Shown one piece after another: positions 26,000 to 62,480 of a stretch of 64,000 bases of DNA. The stretch is from Lama glama (Eukaryota). Both the position numbers and the translations under genes were made by a program. The notes below the pieces were generated by a model, which worked only from the letters and a program-made list of their open reading frames with translations, did no database searches and was not told the DNA's origin. The first letter of the stretch is position 1. Every line of letters begins with the position of its first letter. Location: NCBI GenBank assembly GCA_028534125.1, contig CM052832.1, positions 11,038,001 through 11,102,000 of the forward strand, in the 5' to 3' direction.

Positions 26000-28900
26000 C
26001 CAGGAGAGAGGTGTGCTCCAAGGAGGAAACCGTGGTCATGGGCTACCAAGGGGCCAAGTACAATAGGGCAGAATCATTGGACTTGGCAATATCTGGAGTT
26101 TCAAAGTGGCAGGGACAGAGCCAGCTTTCAGTGGGGTGGGAGAGGAAAGGAGAGGCAAGTAAGAGGAGCAGAGAACAACTAGAAATGATTCTTTTTTTTC
26201 CTTTCTGACTGTTTTCTTTTAGAATTCTCCCGAAACAGACCCTGAACACGTACTTGGGTGCAGCTCATCTGTTGGGGAGGTGAACCCCGAAAGCCCTGGA
26301 GTAGGGCAAGGGAGACCAGGCAGTGCAGGGATTGCTAACAGGCGAGACGGTCTTACACAACTGCAGTGCGGTCCTTCTGGGGGTCCCCCCAGGACTCATG
26401 TGAACCAGGCCTCAGAATGGTTCCCCTGCCTCCCATGCCCTTTTGTGGGGGAGGTCACACTTGCCAAGCAAGCTCCTGTGTGGCTCCAGGTGGAAAAGCG
26501 GCTGTGCTGGGGCTGAAAAGCACAGCTCGTGTGAACCCCGGGGGGCCCGAGGAGCTTGGGTCGGGGCGTCAGCCCAGTGTTGGCCACCCAGACTCCCGCA
26601 CACCCCTTCACCAAGTCCCATGGCTAAGGTACTAGAAGGGGGCGTTCTGAAGTGTAATTAAAGGCTGGCATGAGATAGAAATTGTAGGCTACAAGGTCAG
26701 AGAGAAGTGCAGGGTCAGCAGGTTACTCCTCCAGGGAGTGGGAGAGGCCTGATGGGGTTGTAGTTCAAACCTTGTTCTCTTCTCGGAATCGGGACAGGAA
26801 TTGGGAGAGGTGCAGATGTCATCATGTGCTTTGCCCTTTGACCCTTTGCTGCAGAAGCGGGGGAGGGACACACTCAACCCCTCCTTACGCCATCAGCCTG
26901 CATTTTCCCTCTACGACTGAGCTCTATAGACTAGATTAAAACAGAACCCAGGGACTTGACCTTCCCTTCCCTGCATGCGCCTGCACTGTAACTGATCACG
27001 CACCATGTGCTCGAAACTGGGGGAAGGACCTGCCCTGAAGGTGAGCCGTGAACCAAGGGCAAGCTGTGGGGCTGTGACAGCACAGTCTGGAAGTAAGCAG
27101 GGAAGTAAGAAGAACCAGCAGGCGACTGACTACTCCCCCCATCCCCGACTCTCATCCCTTCCCCAGAAAGTCCGGGGGGAAGAACAAGGTGTGATGGGGA
27201 AAGAGTGAAACAGGGATAGCTGGGAAAGGCTGGCAGTGCTTAAAGCTGAGCTAACGCTCGGGGAGCCGTGAGCCCCATGAGCAGTCCCCAGGTGCGCAGT
27301 TCGGTCTCCCTTCTGTTGTGTTGTAGACACAGAGCTGTGAGGGGCGTCCTTGCCTCCTGAGGACACACCCTTGGGGGAGGGGGAAAGAGCCCAAGGATGA
27401 GAAGCCAGATGACCAAGGGGTGATCTCTTAGGAAGAGTGAGTCCTGTAGTGGCTAGAGGACATCAGCTGAATGACTGGACGCTTGCCATCTTGAGTGACA
27501 TCCCCCTTGGTATCTTGGTCACCAGCCCCCTCCCATGTGGTCCTTCTCCAGTCTCAAAAAATGGCCCTGTGGGTCACCACGCTCGAGGAAGAAGCATGCA
27601 TATTTGTTTCTCATTCCACATTCTGAGGCCCCAGAAGGGGAAGCAGCAGCACATTGCTGGGTTCGCTGGGGACCTGTTCCAGGAGTGGAGTGGAAGGTGA
27701 GGCCACCTAAGGTCTGTGGTTAGTGTCAGAGATAAAACGTTCTCCTTACTGTCAGACTCCCACCCAGGACTGAGATGGCCCTGCTTGCTGATCCAGCCGC
27801 CCACCATCTGCCCCCGCAACTGCTCCCTGACCCTCCAGTGGAAGCCCCTCTCCTGCTGACCTTTATGGAAGGAGTAGCCAGGTCTGTGTGCCTGGGTGGG
27901 GCCTCTGGCAGATTTTCTAGCCTCTCCAGGCTTCCAGTGTCACCTCCTTCTGCTTTCTAAACTCTGCCTGCCTATGTGAAGAAACCCAAACCACAGCTCT
28001 GAGAAATTTTCCTTGATTAACGAGCAAATTGAGACAGGGATGTGGGAATGTATGTTTGGAGAAAAGCAAGTTCATTGTCCCTTTTCCCCACCCATTGGTG
28101 CCCACCCCCTGAGAACTTGAAGAGTTTTACCCTCCCTATGAGCTCATTTGAGGCCCCTGTATTATTTTTTATATTTTCTCTGGTCTGTGCATCCCACGTG
28201 GGAAGTGCTGGTTGTTTGTTACCACTGCAGGGGTGTGATTGCAGGACTCCTCCCCTCCAGGCCGACCAGCACTGCCTGGGTGTGGGCTGCGTGTTTCAGG
28301 GATGTCATGAGGGGTCTGGTGGCTCCTGACGGGGGTGTGATGACGGCCCAAAAGACAGACAGCAGGTAGACAGATGGATGTCAGAGGTAGACTTCAGTGG
28401 CTGAAAGGCCCCGCCTAGAGGCACTTACTTACGGGATAGAGATAGAAGCCAGCAATCAGCTCCAGTCACAGAAGGTGACAATCCTGAGATGTCCAAGGTG
28501 CTAGGCATGCCTCTAAGCCAAGCACTCTGTACTGACTCATCCAATCTTCACACACCCCAGGGGAGTTCATACTACTGTCCCCTTCTAATTATGAAGAGAT
28601 GGAAGCATAGAAGGATTCCTCACTTGCTCAAAGTCACACAGCTGCCAGCTGAGTGGAACAGGGTCTGACCCCAGGCATCCTTCCTCCACAGCCCAAGCCC
28701 ATAACCACTCTACAGACTGCCTTTCCACCTTGGGAGGGTGGCCATCGCCCTGGCCTACACACAAAGCCTTACCAGGAGTAAGGGGCCTCTCAGATCATCT
28801 GGAAGAATAAATCATTCCCTTCCAAGTCCCAGCCTTACACGTACCAGGCCAGGCTAGCCCTTGCACGTGTGTAATCTGTGCCTGTGCGGGGACCTCCTCC

Positions 28901-30057
28901 CCCCAGGCCAAGTGTGCCTTCTCTTTCTGGGGATGATAAAGTGTAAAATGTGATTGCTGGGGACACTGTGCAGATAGGCTACCATCCTCAGGCTCCGTGG
29001 GGTAGTACAGGCTGGTCCAATGATACTTTCCTGCAGGCAGAACACCTGGAATAGGACAAGGCTCGACTCTCCCCCAGACACCTTCTAGAGCTGAACCCAC
29101 AAGCCCTTAGGCCACTGTAGGACTCACTGTGCACCAGGCTAGAGTCCTGTCTCATTCTAGAAAGGAATCGGCACAGACCTATGTGGAGTCAGTTTATTGT
29201 CACTAAGGAAGTTGATTTTGAGTTTTCTGTAAAAGTATTATTTCTTAATAAATGTTTTATAAATGTTAACGTGAGGACTGGCAGCCAGACCTCCCTGCTG
29301 CCAAGCCAGGGCTCTTCCCCGTTCAGCACCTGCCTTGTTCACAGAGGCTTGCCCCTCCCTGACTGCTGCAGGAAGGGAACATGTTACACAGTATCCTTGG
29401 CCCAGCCAATCTCGGCCGTGTCCCAAAAGAGCAGGAAGACCTGAGATATTTCCAGAAATGTCAGCCTTTGATTTTCCTTGTTTCATTTCTCTACCTTGAT
29501 CATTATCCCAACTTAATTTAAACAGCAATCACATAATCCAGACAGGGGAACTTGATTGTGCTTGCAGAGGAATCAGGCTTGAGTAAGTGGACTTGATTGT
29601 TTTAGAGGAGTTAGAGGCTATTGTTCAAAGGAAGAACCAAGAGTGAGTTGCTTTTCTTTTCAATGAATAGACTGTGACATGATGAACTCCGCCTCTGCAG
29701 GTATGAGTTACAGTCACGTGCAGTAGCATCTCTGCCTCCCCAGGCTGGTAAGAAGTAAAGCAGAGTCGGGGGGGGTAGATGTCCAGACCTCTCTCTCTCG
29801 TCCTGCTCATTGCTCCCCTACCAATGTTTTCCTTGGATGGAAACCAGGCAGAAGCCTGAGGGCAAGAGAGTGCATGGAATCAATCTCTTAGAGTTGGGCA
29901 AAGAGTGGTGGAAAATGACCCCACGTAAGGGTGGGGTAAATGGAGAACAAACAACCCAGAATTCCACCTGTACAGATATCAAAGGGCATTCCTTTCCTGT
30001 AAGGGGACCAGGCAGTAGCTTTAAAGAAATAGTAACTGACAGGATGAATTCACACAC

Positions 30058-30590
30058 TGTTAATTATCCATTGCTGTGTAACAAGTTACCCCCAACGTAG
30101 TGGCTTAAAGCAAACATTATCTCACACAGCCCCTGAGGATCAGGACCCTGGTGGTGGCCAGCGGGATGGTTCAGGCTCTAGTATCCCATGAGACTGCAGT
30201 CAAGATACCCACAAGAGCTGCAGTTATATGAAGCTTCAACTAGGGGTGGGGGGCCCACATCCAAGATGTCTCACTCACCTGACTGTTGGCTGGAGGCCTC
30301 AGTCCCTCATTGGCTGTGCCCAGGAGGTTTCTGTTCCTGGTCTTGGGGGCCTCTCTGAAGAGCTGCTCACAACATGGCAGCTGGCTTATTTCAGGGTGAG
30401 TGATGAGAGGACAAGGAGGAGGCCACACTGCATTTTGTGAACCACCCTCAGAGGCCTCATACCATCACATTTGCCACATTCCATTTGTTAGCGGTCCTAA
30501 ATTCAGCTCACATTTAAGGGGAGGGAAACTAGGCTCCACCTTTCAAAGAGGAGTATTTAAGAATTTATGGAGCAATTTTAAAGCACCACT
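30058..30590. mobile_element. MaLR (MLT1-like) LTR
   Basis: ttgctgtgtaacaagttaccccc...tagtggcttaaagcaaacattatctcacac...catcacatttgccacattcc; similar to 810-1300. Confidence 0.65.
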
Positions 30591-31397
30591 CAGAAGGAGA
30601 TTAAGAGGAGAAATCATTCAGAGGGATTTCAAAATAGGGATGAAGTGTCAGTCTACAAAAAGCCAGAAGAAGGTTCTCAATGCCCTCCCATGCTGTGAGT
30701 GTCTCAGGGCTCCCTGGTTCTGTTGGGCCACATCCTTCTTGGTAATCCCTGTGCCTTCTGCATCTTCCCAACTCATTGTTACACCTACCCACCCCACTTT
30801 CTGTTATTGCTCTTGGCTACTCATTCTTGAAAAAAAGTTTAGCTAATTTGATGGCTTATAATGGACCCAGAAATCCTTTATGGTGGTTACCTAATTCTAA
30901 TAAAAGCTCTCCTGGAAGCTTAATGAACCTGAAGGAATTACTTTCTCTAATCTCTTTTATGTGGGAAAGGATAGTTTTGGTGACACTTGTAAGGCACTCC
31001 TTGCTCCCAATGTCATGAAAACAATAGAGCACTTGCTTCATCATTATATGATTTAATCCCAACAGTATTGAGGAGTAGTTTGTGATTTCTAACTGATGAG
31101 GAACTTGAACCGGTAGAAAGTGACTGAATGGGAGAGGTTAGACTTGAAGTGTGGGGCTGGTTCCTGGTGTGGGGCTCCTGCCTTGAACCTGGTCTGCTAG
31201 GGAGGACCCCTGAAACCATCATCCCACCACTACCCCGTTAACAAGACAGGTAGCCCACCAGGAGCCAAGGGAACTGACACACGTTTATTTTATGGGGTTT
31301 TTTTTATGGTTTAGGGAAGATGATGTGATCAGAGAGCGATTATAAAGCATCATTACGATGCCTCTGGGTCTGCAGAAGATGAGGGGTATATATTAAG

Positions 31398-31880
31398 GCA
31401 GACATTCTCAAACTTTTTGTCGGGAACACTTCATACTCTTAAAAGTACCAAAGACCCTATAAAATTTTTGCTTATGTGGATTATGGCTACTTAATATCTA
31501 TTTATGATATCAATTTGTTTAATTTGTATTTATCATATTAGAAATTAAAACTGAGAGATATAAAAAAATATATAACTCATTTAAAAATAGCAAAGTTGAT
31601 ATATTAGTACTTTCATTAAAATAACTCTATTTTCCAAAATAATTAGGGAGAAAAAGTGGCATCGTGTTGCATTTTTGCAAATCTTTGCTGGGCTTAGTAG
31701 AAGGCACCTGGATTCTCATATCTGCTCTTGCATTCAATCTGTTTTGAAATCACAGTTGGATAGGCTGTGTAAAATTCCTTCATTCAGTCATAGGAGCATG
31801 AGAGTGGAAAAGGCAGATGATATCTTAGTAGCATTAGGAAAACAGTTGCCCTTGGAAATCCACACTTTGAGAACCACTGA
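31398..31880. mobile_element. hAT-Charlie-type DNA transposon fossil
   Basis: Ends cagacattctcaaact... and ...actttgagaaccactg are imperfect inverted termini; AT-rich interior. Confidence 0.6.
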
Positions 31881-33409
31881 ATTAAAGGCTTATTACAAAC
31901 TCTCTTCCTCCTAATTTTGCTGATGATAGATTCTAAACAAGTGAACATTATAGTCAGCACTTCATGGCTCTGGGACTAGAGTGACATGTGCAGACACATG
32001 AAGCCACCATGGCTGGTTTCAGTATGCAGTGCCAGTGGCAGGGATGAATAAAAGGGAAATGGAAAAGCCTGGATGATACCTTAGAGCACAAAGGGACGTT
32101 TGTTCCCCTGGCAAGATGTTTACTGTTCACCAATATATGCTTTCCCTCTCTGGGAGGGCTAAGCATCTCTCCCCTTTGGCCAGTGACTTGTTTGGAGCAG
32201 AGTGACGGGTGGCATTTCCAGGGAGAGGTGCTAAGAGCCAATTTTGGTCTTTTGCACACTCCTTCCCTGTGGTAACCACCAGTATTCTATGTGGATAGCA
32301 GCTGCCCCATCAGCCTGGGGCTCAGAGTGAGGATAACACTGATGAAAAACAATCCGCAGCTAACACTTGCTGGATGTGTAACACAAATGGGAAGCATCTG
32401 TGGTTTTCAGCCATTGAGATATTGAGACTGTTATAACAGCACAAACTAGCCCATCCTGACTGCTACAGCCACCTCACTAGAAAGGCAAGTCAAAGATACA
32501 GAATGCACCATTTAGCGCACATTTATGCGGAGCTTGCTGTGCATTCAACACCGCACTAGGTGCTGTGATTACAGATGGCTCAGATTTGGCACCAGCCCTC
32601 CAAGGGTTTATATTGCAGAAGGCATATAAACAAACTGTCACTCTGTTGTAATTACCACTATTAACAAGGGGGAATCTAGGGCGCTGTGGGAGGGAGAAGT
32701 CCTTGAATCCTTTATCAGTCATGGAACCAGCAAGAGACAGCACACTTCGGTGAGATTTTTGAAAGGGACCATTTTTGAGGTGGGGACAGAGTTAGAGTGG
32801 CCAACAGGGATGTTGAGGTATCCATGACCACCCACAGAGTGGGGGTCCAACCCCACCCCAGCCTGAAGGGACAATGGTTAGATATCGTGTGGCTGGACTC
32901 ATGGTAGAAGGGCCATATGACACCAGCAATAGTTGCTGAAAAGCAGTCATTGCCAGACCACAGCAAAATGGGCAGGGAGCAGGAGGAATAAATACTCTGA
33001 CTTCTCTCTCTTCTGCTCTCTGATCTCCTGTCTGTGCCTCCTACTAGGCAGATCCACCTGAAACCAGAGACAAGGGTGCCTGGGTGATGCCACCCAAGCA
33101 GTTTGTAGACGCCAACATCCTAGTCCTCAGAGCAGGGTGGGGAGGGTCAGGGAGAGTCTGGAAAAGCAAATGGAGAACATTCAGAACAAGGTCCCAAAAA
33201 AGAGAAGTTATAGGAATTGTTGAAACAATATTTTCTTAAAGTTTTTATTTCATTGCTTAATTAAAATGCCTTAATTTGCAAAGAGCATCCATAGCTACTG
33301 ATGAAATGGGGAGGGATTCGAATGAATATAGAGGGCTGGATACTTGAGGTTTCGATTATGAGAGAGAGGCAATGGGCATGTGGCCAGAAATCCCAACCTG
33401 GGTTTTTTT

Positions 33410-34005
33410 TAAAGACTTAATTTTTTAAGAGAAGTTTTAGGTTCACAGAAAAATTAAAACAGTACAGAGATTTCCCATGTAATCCCTGCCCCTCCCCGCA
33501 AATGCACAACCTTCTCTACTATCAATATCCCCCACCAAAGTGGTACATGTGTTACAACAAATGAACCTACACTGACGCATCATAATCACCCAAAGTCCCG
33601 TAGTTTACAGTAGTGTTCATTCTGGGTGTTGTATATGCTACGTGTTAGGACAAATGTATAATGACATGTACCATCATTATGGTATTAAAGAATAGTCAGA
33701 CTGCCCTAAAAATCCTCTATGCTCCACCTATTCATTCCTCCCCACTAAGCCCTAGCAACCATTGATCTTTTTACTGTCATAATTTTGTCTTTTCCACAAT
33801 GTCAGATAATTGGAATCTTGTAGTATGTGGCCTTTTCAGATTGGCTTCTTTCACTTAATAATATACATTTAAGGGTCCTCTGTCTTTTCGTGGCTCGATA
33901 GCTCATTTCTTTTTAGCACTGAGATAATATTGCATTGTCTAGATGTATCCCAGTTTATTAACCCATTTGCCTACTGAAGGACATCTTGGTTGCTTCCAAG
34001 TTTTG
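33410..34005 (-). mobile_element. LINE-1 3' end (L1MA/MB-like)
   Basis: gttttaggttcacagaaaaattaa, atgaacctacactgac, ttggcttctttcacttaat; minus translation KTWKQPRCPSVGKWVNKLGYI. Confidence 0.85.
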
Positions 34006-35504
34006 TCCCGGATCCTTTTGTGGGGGCTGGAGGATGGAAGACAGATGGGGAGAGAATGGGTGGGGAGGATAAGGAGAGGGGTATCTTCCAGCCAGCCAGA
34101 GACCAGACCATTAGAGGTAAATTGTAAGGTGAAAGTTGCGTATTTTTCTAACCTAGCCTCAGAAGTCACCCAGCGTCACTTCTGCTGTATTCTATCCATC
34201 TGTTGGTTACAAGCCAGTTACAAACCCACTGAGATGCAAGCAGAGGAGAATTAATTCCACTTCCTGATGGGAAAAGTAAGGTTCTAGAATGACACAGAGC
34301 AGTATAGCAGCCACCAGCTACACATGGCTGTTTACATTTAAATTAACTAAAATTGAATAAAATTAGAAATGCAGTTCCTCAGTCACACTAGCCACATTTC
34401 AAGTGCTCACTGGCCAAATGAAGACTTAGACTATTTCCATCATTGCAGAAGGTTCTGTTGGACAGCCCTGCTCTGGAATTACATGTGAGATAACAGATTT
34501 TGTTGTGCCTATCTTTCAAAAATACAATTTGCCACTGGGACTTAGACAAACCAAATTGTATTTGGGAAGATGGACTGAAATGGCACAGTGGCTCATGTGA
34601 TGTTGTACACAAGGGTTGGCAATAATTGCTGCTGAGAATAATTCTGAAGAGGAGAGAACTTGTGTCAAGGCTCTCAAATGTCTTAAGAGAGAAGATGCAT
34701 AGCTCCAGGGGCTTCCAGTAGGGCTAATGGGAGGATATCACAGAAGGGTAATTTCGAGACCAGTAATCATTTTCTTTCTTGTGTCATGGGCCTCTTTAAG
34801 CATGTGATGAAAGCTACCTCTCCCTAGAAAAAAAAATGCACATAAATAGAATCATCCTTCCAATTTCAGGGGTCTGTAGGTTCCCCGCAAATCCATCCAT
34901 GGAGTCCCCAGATCAGAGCTGCACTCTAGGCTGTGAGCTCCTGAAAGTATTTCCTTATCCATGGCCATTAGCAGGTGTGCGGCACTTAATCACAATGTGT
35001 AGACAGAAAGAGCCACAATTTTGCTCAACACAAGTAAACGTTTTTTAATAGTCAAGGAGTCATTTAAGTGGAACAGGCAATGTCAGGAAATCAGAAAGTT
35101 TCCCAGCAGAAGTGTCTATGTAGATTGATAACCATCTAGATTTCAGCTTAGACTCTAAACTGAATGAGCTGTAAGGTCTTGGCCAGCCCTGGAATTCCAA
35201 GTTTCTATAAAAAGTGACACTAAGGCCCAAGCACAGGAACAATCATGTACAATTCAGATGAAGAGGGTGGAATCTAGAAAAGCTTCATGTGACTGGTGGC
35301 ATTTTAGATGAGCTCAAAGAGTGGGGATATGATATGAGGGCACGAGATTGTCTCTAGGGGCTCATTTACAAGATTTAGTATCTTGCAAGTTCATTGCCTC
35401 TAGTGACCTGGCTTCTGACCAACTGATGGATACTTTTCTCCATATCCTACCATCCTTCTCTCTTCTCCTGTCTTCTGTCCCTCACCCCCAGAAGGATCCA
35501 CAAG

Positions 35505-35881
35505 GAAACACTCACCTGGATTATCCAGGGTCTCTAAGTGCAATGGCAAGGGTCCTTAGAAGAAGGATGCAGAGGGAGATTTAACACAGATGAGAAGCAG
35601 GCCATAGGATGGAAGCAGAGTCACAGAGAAAAGATGCTATGCTGCTGGCTCTGAAGACAGAGAAAAGGACCCTGAGCCCAGTAATGCAGCTTTGGCTGCT
35701 AGAAAAGGCAAAGGAAACACTCTTCCCTAGAGCCTGCTAGGGAAGGGTGCCTGTCAACGTCTTAATTTTAGCCCCAAACAACTCACTTCAGACTCTGGCC
35801 TCTAGAACTGTAAGAGAACACAATTTGTTTTAAGTCACCAAGTTTGTGGCAGTTTGTTAACAACAGTCATAAGAACTAACA
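35505..35881. mobile_element. MaLR (MLT1B-D-like) LTR
   Basis: ctggattatccagg, tctggcctctagaactgtaagagaa, ttttaagtcaccaagtttgtggcagtttgtt. Confidence 0.75.
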
Positions 35882-36639
35882 GAGCTGGGGACAGAGCTGA
35901 TTAAGAATCAGTGCATAAACTCAGAATCTCTGCTTCCTCCAAATTCTTGAGATTTACTTCTGGATCAAGTTCACTGTGTCAGATGGCTTCTTCCCTGAGG
36001 TTGAGTCCTTTTCTGGAAGCTCTTCAGGACTCATATCCCCACACACAAAAAATGGGTTCATCCCCACCCCCACACCCAGTTCCCCTGACAAATCCAGGCA
36101 TCAAACTTAGCAGTGGACAGAGCTTGAACTGTCCTCCATGGGTCCTCGGGCCCTTTGCAGGTAGACTTCTGTTTGGCTTGTCCTACCGTTTCAAATGTAC
36201 CCAGACACACCCTCACTCCCTGCAATGTATTGTCTGAACTTTGAAACATACCAGCTGCCAAGTGTGTCTTAGGAGATAAGGATACAGTTTCTGGTCTTGA
36301 AGAATTAATAGACTAGTGTAAAGGACAAGATAGCTGATTATAACTGATTTGTACAAATGCAATGGGACTGTCAAAAGAGATGGGTTGATTTTAGCTTGGT
36401 TCAGACTCAAGGTGAGTTTCCTATGACATTATTCAGTGTTTGGTTCTTGCAATTCCATAGTGATAGAGTTTTAGACACAACAGATAGGCCTATTGGAGCA
36501 TAAAGGTTCTTAGTACATAGATTCATTACTGAGTGTGCATTCCAAGCAAAATCTTAGACCATAGATCTTTGTTTTTGAGAGAGAGAAAGGGACCCAACCC
36601 CCCTCCCCCAATTCCTGATATATATGGAATCTTGACTTT

Positions 36640-36830
36640 AGGAATCAGATTGTCCTGGGTTTAAACCCCAGTTTTGCCACCCAACAACCATGTGACTTGG
36701 GGATAATTTCCTAATCTAAGCCTCAGTTTCCTAAATTGCAAAATTGACATTCTAATAAGTGCAGGATTATTGTATGTATTAAGTGAGGCCTAGCAAGGTG
36801 TTTGTGTAGAAAGCATTCCAAAGATGATAT
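36640..36830. mobile_element. MIR SINE (other MIR remnants at ~28500-28720, 39420-39530, 41040-41230, 45890-46060, 57650-57850)
   Basis: ctgggtttaaaccccag...tgtgacttgggg...ctaagcctcagtttcct MIR core. Confidence 0.65.
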
Positions 36831-36949
36831 CCATTCATTCTATGACTTCTTTAAATACATTTATCTATGACTTTATATAAATTCCTTTTTTAAAATACAG
36901 AGGCCAGGATTGTTAATGTTCTGTAGGGGCACAATCGGAGAAGCGTTAT

Positions 36950-37072
36950 CGCTTTTGTGTGTGTGTGTGTTTTACTCACTATATTTTTTTAAATTGAAGT
37001 ACAGGTGACTTGCAATGTTGTGTTTCAGGTGTACAGCAAAGTGTTTCAGATATATATGTGTGTGTGTGTATA

Positions 37073-37133
<61 letters not shown>

Positions 37134-37397
37134 CTATTCTTTTTCAGGTCTTCTCCAGTATAGGTTATTACAAGATATTGAATATAGTTCCCTGTGCTGT
37201 AAGGGAGGTCCCTGTTGGTTATCTATTTTATATATGTTACTCCCAAGCTCCAAATTTATCCCTCCCCCCTCTTTCTCCTTTGGTAAACATAAGTTTGTTT
37301 TCTGTGTCTGGCATCTATTTCTGTTTTGTAAACAAGTTCATTTACATCATTTTTTTAGACTCCACATATAAGCAGTATCCTATGGTATCTGTCTTTT
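36950..37397 (-). mobile_element. Short LINE-1 3' UTR insertion containing a (GT)n(TA)n microsatellite, about 0.4 kb upstream of the MOCS1 promoter motifs
   Basis: Same 3'UTR family as 6660-6960 but reversed (ttgaagtacaggtgacttgcaatgttg, tataggttattacaagatattgaatatagttccctgtgctgt); degenerate TSD ggagaag(c/t)gt at ~36938 and ~37398. Confidence 0.85.
37051..37130. repeat. Compound (TG)n/(TA)n microsatellite with about 23 pure TA units
   Basis: Read directly. Confidence 0.97.
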
Positions 37398-37972
37398 GGA
37401 GAAGTGTATTTTGAAGGAAATAGCCGACTATCCTATAACCAGGGCCCAGACTACCATGAAGGAAGTGAAATAAGTCGTAAACATGCAGGGTCAGATCTTG
37501 TTTTCATATAAAATGTTGATACTTTGTTCATTATGGGCTTTTTCTTTTTCCCCTGATTTTGACTTTTACATATATTGCATTAAACTATTATTTACCTTGA
37601 TAACCTACTTTTTTGGCACCACTTTAAATTTTTCGTTCACCTGCCCTACAGTACTCATGTCGTGGTATGACTGGCACAAAGCTCAGAGCTGCCGGAGAAG
37701 CCTGTAGGGAAAGACCCAGGATCTCTGACTCAGTTTGAACTTGTCTTATTCAAACCCTAGAACACTTGACCGGCTCAGGAAAGGAGCAGAGGAAATGGAC
37801 TGCAACTCCCAGAAGCCCGCGCGGCACGGCGCCCTCGCCGATTGGCTGCACGAGCCTCGCCCCCGCCCCGCCCCGCCCCGCCCCGCCCGCGCTGACCCTA
37901 GGCGGCGAGTCCCGGGGCAGCGTACTCTCGAAGCCGGGTACCCAGTGGAGTCTGGCGTGGCTAGCAGGCTCC

Positions 37973-62480
<24,508 letters not shown>

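Noticed and set aside
37010..37414. 134-aa ORF with YIYIYI repeats
   Set aside because: Translation of a TA microsatellite within an L1 3' UTR
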